DNA of 64,000 bases from an uncultured Chlamydiae bacterium (GTDB taxonomy: Bacteria; Chlamydiota; Chlamydiia; Chlamydiales; JAJFMB01), in the NCBI GenBank assembly GCA_963696295.1, contig CAVOJR010000001.1, positions 3,120,095 to 3,184,094 on the forward strand, given 5' to 3'. The notes below the pieces were generated by a model. That model was given only the letters and a program-made list of their open reading frames with translations, ran no database searches and was not told the origin of the DNA. Each line of letters opens with the position of its first letter. Position 1 is the stretch's first letter. The position numbers and the translations under genes were made by a program. Shown here piece by piece: positions 18,429-26,564 of this stretch.

Positions 18429-18695
18429 GGAGCCGAAGTATTGGAGGTTAATTTGTCAGTTAATGGCTGCGATCATGTGGCGTGAGTCTTTACGGTTATG
18501 GTTTGGCTTTTAAGAGAGCTATCGATATGTGCGGGTTGTGGGACGGCGTGGTTGATGGAAAAGATCTTGGAAAAGAATTCAAAAATGAAGCAGCAGATAT
18601 GGCAAAAGGTCTTATAATCGTAATTTCCAGCAGAGTTTTTAGAGAGATAGCCTCGAGGCTAGAGCAGGCCCGGCTTCACGGGCCGTGCTGAAACG

Positions 18696-19655
18696 TCAGG
18701 ACTGATTAAACTTCGCTGTGCAGTCTCGCACATAGCGATATTTTTTCTCCACATCACTCAAATTACCCCCATCCCGGTAAAACTGCTTATCGATATATTC
18801 CCCGTTATGAACCACTCTCCAGGAATCGTTATCGATGACATCAGCCAATAATAAATTGCCCTTGGTATCAAAACCAAATTCCACTTTGAAATCGACCAGT
18901 ATCGACCCCTGCAATTGCCAGGCTCTTTCTAAGATTAAGAAGGTTTTTTTGGCAATGTCTCCCATTTTTGTAAAGTATTCCTCCCTCCCTTTTAAAGGAT
19001 AATCCTCCAGAACCATAAACGGTTTCACAACAGGACATTTGGGATCGTAAAGTTCAGCCTTGCCCTCTTTGAACAGGACGTAGGGATCATCACTTACTAA
19101 TTTTGCTCCCTTCCATTCCTGATCTTTCGTTTTTAAGAAAAACTCTAAAATTAAATCGGGGAAAACATGCCCCTTTTCTAATTCTGGATTGCGTTTGAGG
19201 TAGGAACCGTGTGCTTGTCTTCGGATAACGACCTCATAGAAAATCATATCGCACTTAGGGGCAGTAAAACGGATGGCATCAAGCTGTTGATAAAATGCCA
19301 CCGGCACACCCTGTTTTTTCAGCAACTGAAATACATGGCACGTGGTGCCGGTCGAGTATTCCGCTTTTGAACAGAGCATATCGTGTTTCTTGCCGTCAAA
19401 AGCAGTAATGTCGTCTTTTGAGGTGATAACGACTGTTGCGGGATCCTGCTCCAGTTGGGTGATGATTTTAGTTTTTCCTTCGGTTATCTTTAATCTTGGA
19501 TTAGAAATAGAGGCCAAAACACTCGTATAAGTGATTGCATTTTGTATTGGATAATAGATTGGCCGTCCATAAAACATCGGACGGATAGTGTAGAAGGCCG
19601 TTGCATTTAATCCTCTATAGACGACATTTGTTCCCAAACCAAAAGTAAAATTCAT
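18696..19655 (-). CDS. purC: SAICAR synthetase-like protein, eukaryotic PAICS-type, with ~55-aa N-terminal extension
   Basis: EGKTKI, SKDDITAFDG, ...GSYLKRNP..., LVDFKVEFGFD and LLADVIDNDSWR match my recollection of the human PAICS N-terminal domain (YEGKTKEV, SKDQITAGN, GSFLKRNP, LVDMKIEFGVD, VLADVIDNDSWR). Lies 64 nt downstream of menD on the same strand. Confidence 0.75.
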   Translation of the reverse strand: MNFTFGLGTNVVYRGLNATAFYTIRPMFYGRPIYYPIQNAITYTSVLASISNPRLKITEGKTKIITQLEQDPATVVITSKDDITAFDGKKHDMLCSKAEYSTGTTCHVFQLLKKQGVPVAFYQQLDAIRFTAPKCDMIFYEVVIRRQAHGSYLKRNPELEKGHVFPDLILEFFLKTKDQEWKGAKLVSDDPYVLFKEGKAELYDPKCPVVKPFMVLEDYPLKGREEYFTKMGDIAKKTFLILERAWQLQGSILVDFKVEFGFDTKGNLLLADVIDNDSWRVVHNGEYIDKQFYRDGGNLSDVEKKYRYVRDCTAKFNQS

Positions 19656-19719
19656 AACTTTCTCCCCATGCAGTTGTTAATTGAAAGGGGAAGACAGTAC
19701 CAGATTTGAAAGGTATCAC

Positions 19720-21198
19720 TCAAGTTAATTCAATCAGGGTCGGGCGCAAGAGGGAAAATTGTTCCGGTATGGCGCTCCACCTTTCATAATGAAGACCCCA
19801 GAATTTAGCCATACTTTCAAAGCTCAAATTGTGTTCATTCAGGAATAGTTTTGAAGGAAACATCTTGTTAAAGATTTGTCCCCCTCCATTATTCACGACG
19901 ACAATGGCTATTTTTTGAGCGGCTAATTGGGGGATAACCCAGGGAGCGGCCAGGTCGTAGAGGGCCGTAAGGTCGCCGATCAGCGCCCAGTTCTCCTGGG
20001 TGGCGCCGCAAAGGCCGAGAAAGGTGGAAATCTGCCCGTCGATGCCGTTCAATCCGCGGCTTGCGAAAACCTCAAAGCGCTTGAGCGACGCGGCGAGATC
20101 CCAATGGCGGATCGGCAGACTGTTGCCAAGATAAACCAGGGAGCCTTCGGGGATCAGCTTAGAGAGATCATGAATCATCGCCCTCTCTGAGCAGTGGTCC
20201 TGCGGGTGCTCAGTTTGTACAGCGAAATCATAGCGCCGCTTTACCTGATATGAGGCTAAAAAGGGAGCGAGATCTGTCTGGAGCAGCTTGCCATGGCTCA
20301 AACCGCTGAAAGGTGAATGGGTGATGGAAAGCACTTCGAGCCGATGATCTTCCAGGTCGCGCCATAAACGGGTGGTGGGCACGCCGCCAAGGCGCAAAAC
20401 AGAGTCAAACTCCTTAACCCGCTTTTCCACATTATGGAGGCGAAGGTGCTGCAGCTTCGGCTCCTCGCGAAGACCCGAGATCGCTTCCAGATAGACCGGG
20501 GCGTTTAAGGCGAGCAGGAACTCCAAAACAGCCGCTCTATCCCGGGGGAGCAGCGTGCTGACCAGCGCCAACGGGCGCTCCACGCGCTGAAAAAATTGAT
20601 CGAGAGGCAAGGAATTGGCCAAAGTCGCCGGCAATGTTTTTTTTGCCGGAGTGAAGCGCTCTTTACAGATCGTCTTTATCAAGGGCTCTTCAAAGCAGAC
20701 GTTGATATGCGCGGGGCCCTTTTGATCCCATTCGCTCAAATCGCAGAGGTCATAATCCGCTAAATCCTGAGAATGTGTCACATAAGTTCCAAAAATCCCG
20801 ACCTGTTCCGCTGTCTGGGGCGCTCCGGTTCCCCGGTATCTCCTGGGACGGTCGGCAGTGATCAACAAAAGCGGAACTCCAGAATAGGCGGCTTCCATAG
20901 CCGCGGGTAAAAGCTCCCCGACCGCTGTTCCCGAGGTGGTTATCACTGCGACGGGGCGATCTGCGGCGCGGCTTTTACCCAGGGCAAAAAAGGCCGCGGA
21001 ACGCTCCTCAGGCCAATAAAAGATGTTCTCCGATTTTTCCAGGGTCATGACAAAGGGGCTGTTGCGGGCTCCCGGGCAGATGCAAAACTCCTCAACCCCG
21101 GCATTATAGGCATTTAAGAGAACCGTCCGGACAAGTTCGGCATTCAGATCGCCAGAATCTTTCGCGTCGCATCGATCTTCAAGTTGAGTTCGCTCCAT
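19720..21198 (-). CDS. menD: SEPHCHC synthase (ThDP-dependent)
   Basis: CICPGARNSPF, TSGTAVGELLPAAMEA, LLLITADRP, GLNGIDGQ. Start placed at ATG 21198 (MERTQ...). The listed ORF start at 21294 would lie deep inside menF. Even so, a 55-nt overlap with menF remains, so the start is uncertain. Confidence 0.85.
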   Translation of the reverse strand: MERTQLEDRCDAKDSGDLNAELVRTVLLNAYNAGVEEFCICPGARNSPFVMTLEKSENIFYWPEERSAAFFALGKSRAADRPVAVITTSGTAVGELLPAAMEAAYSGVPLLLITADRPRRYRGTGAPQTAEQVGIFGTYVTHSQDLADYDLCDLSEWDQKGPAHINVCFEEPLIKTICKERFTPAKKTLPATLANSLPLDQFFQRVERPLALVSTLLPRDRAAVLEFLLALNAPVYLEAISGLREEPKLQHLRLHNVEKRVKEFDSVLRLGGVPTTRLWRDLEDHRLEVLSITHSPFSGLSHGKLLQTDLAPFLASYQVKRRYDFAVQTEHPQDHCSERAMIHDLSKLIPEGSLVYLGNSLPIRHWDLAASLKRFEVFASRGLNGIDGQISTFLGLCGATQENWALIGDLTALYDLAAPWVIPQLAAQKIAIVVVNNGGGQIFNKMFPSKLFLNEHNLSFESMAKFWGLHYERWSAIPEQFSLLRPTLIELT

Positions 21199-22139
21199 TC
21201 TTTCTCCAGTTTGCTTTCTTTTACCACTCCGCAGCCGGCTCCGATCTGCCATCTTTCCCCTTCCCGCTGCACGTTGCGGATGGCGACATAGCATTGGCCG
21301 GCGTTTTCCCGCCAGTACCCTACCGGGGCGCCAAAGCGCTTACGCGGCAGCAAGGTCTGATAACGCTCTAGCCATTCTTTACCCGCCTCTTTTGGATAAG
21401 CCCCGAGCGCCGGCGTCGGATGCAAAGCGTGTACCAGCTGATAAAATCCGTCAATCCCCGCATCCAGACTTCTGACATCGAGATCGATGGGGGTAACCAG
21501 ATGCTTAAGCGTGGAATAATTAATGACTTCAGTGTTACCAATTTTCACCTTTCCAAATGGGGAAAGCGCTTGTTCGATTCCATCGATGACCAGGCGATGC
21601 TCCCTATTTTCCTTGGGATCTTCAGCCAAGGGCTCTTCGCCGGTCCGCTTTGTCCCTGCCAGGGCAACGCTTTTTACTATCCCCTTTTCCAAAGAAAAGA
21701 GCTTTTCGGGAGTCGCGCCTAAAATGGTCTCGTGCTCATCCCAAAAGCCATAGGCGTAAACGGGATGCTTTTGAATATAGCTTAATAAATGGGTTAAACA
21801 CCAGTTTAGTTTTTCTTTGGACCAGGGAGTATTGGCATGGGCAAAGACATAGGGGACAGCTTTTTCGAGCGTGATGCCCTTAAATTGTTCGGAAAAAAAA
21901 CCAAAATAAGGGTTTTCCCAATGAAAATCAGCTCCTTTTAAGGGGGGAGGCAGGCTGAGTTTAGAAATAACTTCCTGATGCTCATGAGTAAACCAGGCTT
22001 TTGGCTCTTTTAAAAAGAAGTCGGGAAAATAGAAGCTTTCCGGGCCGGGAGAAGCAGACCAGCGTCTTTTACCCCAGCCGACAAGCAGCTGAGAAGGGTT
22101 TAAACTGACAATCGCGCCGCACTTTAAAAACTCGTCCAT
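21144..22139 (-). CDS. menF: Isochorismate synthase (short, chorismate-binding core only)
   Basis: GATPEKLF, LAGTKRTG, HPTPALGAYP, RFGAPVGY, GAGCGVV..S....EW.E. Confidence 0.85.
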   Translation of the reverse strand: MDEFLKCGAIVSLNPSQLLVGWGKRRWSASPGPESFYFPDFFLKEPKAWFTHEHQEVISKLSLPPPLKGADFHWENPYFGFFSEQFKGITLEKAVPYVFAHANTPWSKEKLNWCLTHLLSYIQKHPVYAYGFWDEHETILGATPEKLFSLEKGIVKSVALAGTKRTGEEPLAEDPKENREHRLVIDGIEQALSPFGKVKIGNTEVINYSTLKHLVTPIDLDVRSLDAGIDGFYQLVHALHPTPALGAYPKEAGKEWLERYQTLLPRKRFGAPVGYWRENAGQCYVAIRNVQREGERWQIGAGCGVVKESKLEKEWSELNLKIDATRKILAI

Positions 22140-22300
22140 GGCTTAGGATCGTAGCGCACTTAAAATTCCCTTTGCAAGAGGTTTTTGAGGAGTGTTTTAG
22201 CGTCAGAATTTGTAAAAGGGAACTGATGCAAATGACCTTGATAAATAAAGAGGTAGAAAAATATTCATGAAATAAATGGCATTATAATATCTTATTAAGA

Positions 22301-23314
22301 TTAAATTTTTTCCCACTCATCGCTAATTTCGCTCCAGCAGCTGGCGGGACTTTCTGATTCCTGGCGTGCCCCCTCTAAGAGAAGAGGTGGGTTATTATTT
22401 TGAGGAGCGCCTTCTTGCCATTCTATCGAAAGAAATTCTCTTTTTTGGATTTCTTGTTCTGGTGAAGTGTAGAAATGCTTCCCAAGCTTTGCTCCTGAAA
22501 TGACCAGAAACGATCCAAGCGCTATTCCTAAACGGATCTGACTGGCAGGAGGCAAACGGTATTCTATGCCTCCTCCGATGCCATAAATCACTGTGTGTAC
22601 CGGCGATCGCACATTAGCCGCTGCCAGGGCGGCATAGGCGCCTGTTTTTTCCCCTTCTGTAACGGCGACAGCCGGCGCGGCGATCAGGGCTGTCACTCTT
22701 GTGGCCACTGTGAGCAAGAGCGCATTTCTAGCGCCGCATAAAGCCCCGTTTATGGCTCGCGACAGAAGTTTTTCATAATCGGGAGAGTCATCCGCACAGT
22801 CGGAAGCCCCAGACAGAGCCCCGCTGACGGCCCCGGTCACAATAGCTATTTTTAGGGCGTAGATTTCACTTTGCAGATTCCAGGACTTAATATCGCCTAT
22901 CTTAGCGTCAAACCAAAAATTACTGCGTGAATTTTCAACCCTGTTGATCAGGCCGAGTGTATGGCAGACCTTGTCCTTCCAGGTGACTTTGACATGAAAA
23001 TCATTTATATTCCCTATGTCGTGGTGGCACTGCAGGCAACAGGCTTTTATTTTTTTTAAGTCGCAATAAGCTTCAACTTTTCCAAGGCAGCTTTCGTGAT
23101 AACAGTGAACCAGCTTTGGCCTCTCGCGGGCATCTGCCGCTCCCGGGTGGCCGAATGGAGTCATATCATTGAGTTGGAAAAGGGCACTGATTTTTTGGGC
23201 GGCAGAGTGGTAAGGAGCTATCAATGGCTCTTCGCAAAAAAGGCAATTCTCGGCATTGTGGGCATAGTAAATTTGATCTTCTAGAGAGAGTTTGGAATAG
23301 GTGACGGCAGACAT
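22301..23314 (-). CDS. Hypothetical protein: N-terminal Cys/His cluster (RING/zinc-finger-like) plus Gly/Ala-rich hydrophobic C-terminal half
   Basis: AAGGAG RBS. CLFC ... HCYHESC ... C ... CCLQCHH within the first ~100 aa. Later hydrophobic segments IAIVTGAVSGALSGA, LLLTVATRVTALIAAPAVAV and IALGSFLVISGA. Confidence 0.7.
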   Translation of the reverse strand: MSAVTYSKLSLEDQIYYAHNAENCLFCEEPLIAPYHSAAQKISALFQLNDMTPFGHPGAADARERPKLVHCYHESCLGKVEAYCDLKKIKACCLQCHHDIGNINDFHVKVTWKDKVCHTLGLINRVENSRSNFWFDAKIGDIKSWNLQSEIYALKIAIVTGAVSGALSGASDCADDSPDYEKLLSRAINGALCGARNALLLTVATRVTALIAAPAVAVTEGEKTGAYAALAAANVRSPVHTVIYGIGGGIEYRLPPASQIRLGIALGSFLVISGAKLGKHFYTSPEQEIQKREFLSIEWQEGAPQNNNPPLLLEGARQESESPASCWSEISDEWEKI

Positions 23315-23365
23315 TTTTTGCTCCTTAAAATTTTAAAGTCGCTATATTGCCCGTTGCCGGTGAAA

Positions 23366-23385
23366 ATTGCAATCGCTATTGCAAT
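23366..23385. promoter_or_regulatory. Twin ATTGCAAT palindromes (candidate operator) in a divergent promoter region
   Basis: ATTGCAAT at 23366-23373 and 23378-23385, 12 bp centre to centre, between the divergent 22301-23314 ORF and kbl. Confidence 0.3.
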
Positions 23386-23433
23386 CAAATTGGAGCGGCC
23401 TTAAACTTGAGCAAAAAATTGGAGAGATAGAAG

Positions 23434-24630
23434 ATGGACGCCGCATTTCTTGATTTTTTGTCGCAGCAGATTGAGGAAATCAAAGGGGCCGGGCTTTACA
23501 AAGAAGAGCGGGAAATCACCTCCCCTCAGCAAGCCGATATCACGATCTCAGGCGGGCGCCATGTGCTCAATTTTTGCTCAAATAACTACCTGGGCCTCGC
23601 GAATAATCCCGAAGTGATAAAGGCCGCGAAAGAGAGCTATGACAAATATGGCTTCGGCCTCTCCTCCGTCCGCTTTATTTGCGGAACCCAAACCGTGCAC
23701 CACCACCTGGAAAAGCGCATCTCCCAGTTTTTAAACACCGAGGACACGATTCTCTACTCCTCCTGCTTCGATGCGAACGGCGGCCTGTTCGAGACGCTTC
23801 TCGGCCCCGAAGACGCGATCATCAGCGACGCCTTAAACCACGCCAGCATCATTGACGGCATCAGGCTCTGCAAAGCGGAGCGCTACCGCTATCAAAATAA
23901 CGACATGCGCGATTTGGAGGAGAAGCTCAAAGAGGCCTCAAAGGCTAGATTCCGCCTCATCGCCACCGACGGCGTTTTTTCGATGGATGGGATCATCGCC
24001 AATTTGCCGGCCATTTGCGAGCTCGCCGACAAATACAAAGCGATCGTCATGGTCGATGATTCCCACGCGGTGGGCTTCATGGGCGAAACCGGCGCCGGCA
24101 CGCCGGAATATTGCGGGGTGGCCGATCAGATAGACATCGTCACAGGCACTTTAGGGAAAGCCTTGGGCGGCGCTTCCGGAGGCTACACTTCGGGCAAAAA
24201 ACAAATAGTTGAATGGCTGCGGCAGCGCTCCCGCCCCTACCTTTTTTCCAATACGCTGGCCCCTGCGATTGCCTCGGCCTCTATCCGCGTCTTAGACCTG
24301 CTGAAAGAGAGTGGCCATTTGCGAAAAAACCTGCATGACAACAGCCGCTACTTCCGTGAAAAAATGACTCGCCTTGGCTTTAATCTTGTCCCGGGCGTCC
24401 ACCCTATCATTCCCGTCATGCTGGGGGATGCCAAGCTCGCGCAGCAATTTGCCGCCAAGATGCTGAATGAGGGTATTTACGTGATAGGATTCAGTTTTCC
24501 GGTTGTCCCAAAAGGGCAGGCGCGCATCCGCACGCAAATATCAGCGGCTCATACCCATAAGGATATAGACCGCGCCGTCGAAGCCTTCGCCAAGATTGGC
24601 AAAGAGCTGGGTGTGATTTCCCCGGTTTGA
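23434..24630 (+). CDS. kbl: 2-amino-3-ketobutyrate CoA ligase (glycine C-acetyltransferase)
   Basis: Near-colinear with my recollection of E. coli Kbl: [100 protein letters not shown]. Confidence 0.93.
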   Translation: MDAAFLDFLSQQIEEIKGAGLYKEEREITSPQQADITISGGRHVLNFCSNNYLGLANNPEVIKAAKESYDKYGFGLSSVRFICGTQTVHHHLEKRISQFLNTEDTILYSSCFDANGGLFETLLGPEDAIISDALNHASIIDGIRLCKAERYRYQNNDMRDLEEKLKEASKARFRLIATDGVFSMDGIIANLPAICELADKYKAIVMVDDSHAVGFMGETGAGTPEYCGVADQIDIVTGTLGKALGGASGGYTSGKKQIVEWLRQRSRPYLFSNTLAPAIASASIRVLDLLKESGHLRKNLHDNSRYFREKMTRLGFNLVPGVHPIIPVMLGDAKLAQQFAAKMLNEGIYVIGFSFPVVPKGQARIRTQISAAHTHKDIDRAVEAFAKIGKELGVISPV

Positions 24631-24783
24631 TCATTTTTATCTTCCTATTTAGAGGATCTTAACTGATTCTTTACACTACCATTCAATTAATTAAAAATTT
24701 AAATTAATTATAATAAGCATTAATAAAAAGAATCTATAATTAATACATCAGCATAAAACACAAATAAAAAATAGGAGATATAA

Positions 24784-24996
24784 ATGTCAATAATAATGGA
24801 TAACAATACATTTTTAGCACAAGAAGGTCTGCCAGGAAGAAGCGCATTTGATAATGTTAGAGGAAAGTTTGAAAATAAAGTAACAGCAAAACCCACTACC
24901 CCAATGGCAACAGCTGGCCAAAAGAAGTTTTCCGCACAGTGGAAAAATGATCCTGCACTCTCTGAAAAAAAACTAAATAATTTATTTAACCACTAA
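24784..24996 (+). CDS. Hypothetical 70-aa protein
   Basis: AGGAG RBS. AT-rich leader. No motif. Confidence 0.5.
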   Translation: MSIIMDNNTFLAQEGLPGRSAFDNVRGKFENKVTAKPTTPMATAGQKKFSAQWKNDPALSEKKLNNLFNH

Positions 24997-25005
24997 GATC
25001 AACCA

Positions 25006-25031
25006 AGACAGTCACTCAAGGGTGGCTGTCT
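25006..25031. terminator. Bidirectional hairpin between convergent genes
   Basis: AGACAGTCAC / GTGGCTGTCT (9 Watson-Crick pairs plus one G-U) with a 6-nt loop, between the stops at 24996 (+) and 25055 (-). Confidence 0.5.
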
Positions 25032-25054
25032 CCTAGATTGATTTTGTCTTGCTT

Positions 25055-25948
25055 CTAGTGATCTTGAGGTGTGTTTGTGCGAATCCAGGTTTGCACATCA
25101 TCTATGGTTTTAAAATCATTGGTCGAAACAAGACCCGACGTCACCATCAATCCTCCGAGATCCTCTAAAGCCTCAGTATCACTTCCACATGTTTCAAGAT
25201 ACTCATTTAAGGGCGCCATGAATTCCCCATTGCCGCAAAAGCTTTTGGCCCGCTCCGCTTTTGTCATCTCCCATTTCTTTGCGGTGTCAAGCGCGCTTTT
25301 GATCTTAAGCAACCTATCCCGCTTTTGGACGATTATCTTCCGCTCTTCCGGCGAGGTTTGCATGAAGTGTTTTAACAGTTCTTTATTTTTTGACAGGGCA
25401 ACTCTTCTTTTTTCTATATTCTCAGAAAGCCGCGATACCAGGAATTCCGCATACTTACGGTAGCCGATCTTTTCCTCAGAGGTTAATTTCAAGTAGAGAC
25501 ATCTATTATCCACATTCTGCCATTTGCAACACTCTTCCCTATCAAGATCAGTCAAAAGTAAGAATGTCTTGCGATCTTCAAGGGTGTGTTCATTAAAATG
25601 TTGCTGCTCTTCGACTTTGAAACAAAGATATTTGATCACATCCTCAGCAGAGAGGCCGCTGCAAGCTTGCTTTGACTCACGATCTAACTTATCAAATTGC
25701 TCTCTATATGGGGAATCAAGACGAATTCTTGGAGACATAAAATTTGGCAGCGCCCAACGCCGGCTAGTTCCTATGGGGGTGGAAGACCCGTTTGTGGAAG
25801 CACTCCCCGACCCTGAACTCTCTACTACGGCCTCTTTAAAAATTGTCGTCTCAAGCTGCGGGGGGATGGTTCGCCGGCTCTCCGGGGGCAAACTTGAGGA
25901 ACGCCCTCCAAATAATGAACCTCTAACTTTTCCGTTATTCATCATCAC
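25055..25948 (-). CDS. Hypothetical 297-aa protein
   Basis: GAGGTG RBS. Ser/Gly/Pro-rich N-terminus, then a charged helical region. No motif recognised. Confidence 0.65.
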   Translation of the reverse strand: MMMNNGKVRGSLFGGRSSSLPPESRRTIPPQLETTIFKEAVVESSGSGSASTNGSSTPIGTSRRWALPNFMSPRIRLDSPYREQFDKLDRESKQACSGLSAEDVIKYLCFKVEEQQHFNEHTLEDRKTFLLLTDLDREECCKWQNVDNRCLYLKLTSEEKIGYRKYAEFLVSRLSENIEKRRVALSKNKELLKHFMQTSPEERKIIVQKRDRLLKIKSALDTAKKWEMTKAERAKSFCGNGEFMAPLNEYLETCGSDTEALEDLGGLMVTSGLVSTNDFKTIDDVQTWIRTNTPQDH

Positions 25949-26065
25949 CTCAAATTAAGATAATTATGATACCCTTTGAGGTGAATTATTTGCAAATCGA
26001 AGAAAGCGTTTATGATGTGATATTGCGGCCCATACCCTTAAGGATATAGACCGCGGCCGATTGAA

Positions 26066-26482
26066 TTACTTCTTATCCCACCCGGTGTGATGGCCTTCGC
26101 CTGCCACCTGAATCCAGCGGCTGATTTTATCATCGGCGATGGTGCCCATTGCCATGATTTGAACTTGCCGCTTTTCCCCTTTATGGGTTTTCAGATCGAT
26201 GTGGTAGTGGATAATGACCTGGTTTCCGGAGATGATCGGTTCTTCGACCGGCTCGGAAATTTTAAATTCGGCGTATTTCTCTTTAAAAAAGAGCATCCGT
26301 TTTTTATAATCTTCTTCGCTTTTAGACAGTTGCTCCCCGTTGGTAAAAAATGTGAAATTTTTAGTAACGAATTTATCTAATTCATTACCAATCTCTTTTG
26401 ATGGCTGACTGATCCATTTCTCAAAGTAATGGAAGAAATTATAAATGATTTGAACTTGTTTTTCTTTTTTAACAGCGACCAT
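26066..26482 (-). CDS. Hypothetical 138-aa protein (possibly NTF2/SnoaL-like fold)
   Basis: GAGGGGG RBS. Size and the alternating beta-like C-terminal half are consistent with a cone-shaped alpha+beta fold. Weak inference. Confidence 0.55.
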   Translation of the reverse strand: MVAVKKEKQVQIIYNFFHYFEKWISQPSKEIGNELDKFVTKNFTFFTNGEQLSKSEEDYKKRMLFFKEKYAEFKISEPVEEPIISGNQVIIHYHIDLKTHKGEKRQVQIMAMGTIADDKISRWIQVAGEGHHTGWDKK

Positions 26483-26564
26483 GAGTACCCCCTCATAATT
26501 AAGTCTCTAAATTCAACTATGATCCTGTTTTAGATAAAGTTCAATAAAAAAGCATATATTTACA

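Noticed and set aside
18482-18691. 69-aa GTG-initiated ORF and a 30-codon ORF (18393-18485) downstream of the kinase pseudogene
   Set aside because: They are short with no recognisable motifs. The 30-codon ORF does have a good RBS (AAGGAAGGAG), but there is too little evidence to call either a gene. They are left unannotated.
21199-21294. Listed N-terminal extension of menD (and likewise 12795-12893 for menC and 5657-5740 for the FLFTYY protein)
   Set aside because: The extensions lie inside upstream genes or lack RBSs. They are Arg/Gly-rich or hydrophobic junk-like. Internal ATGs give family-typical N-termini and coupling overlaps (ATGA).
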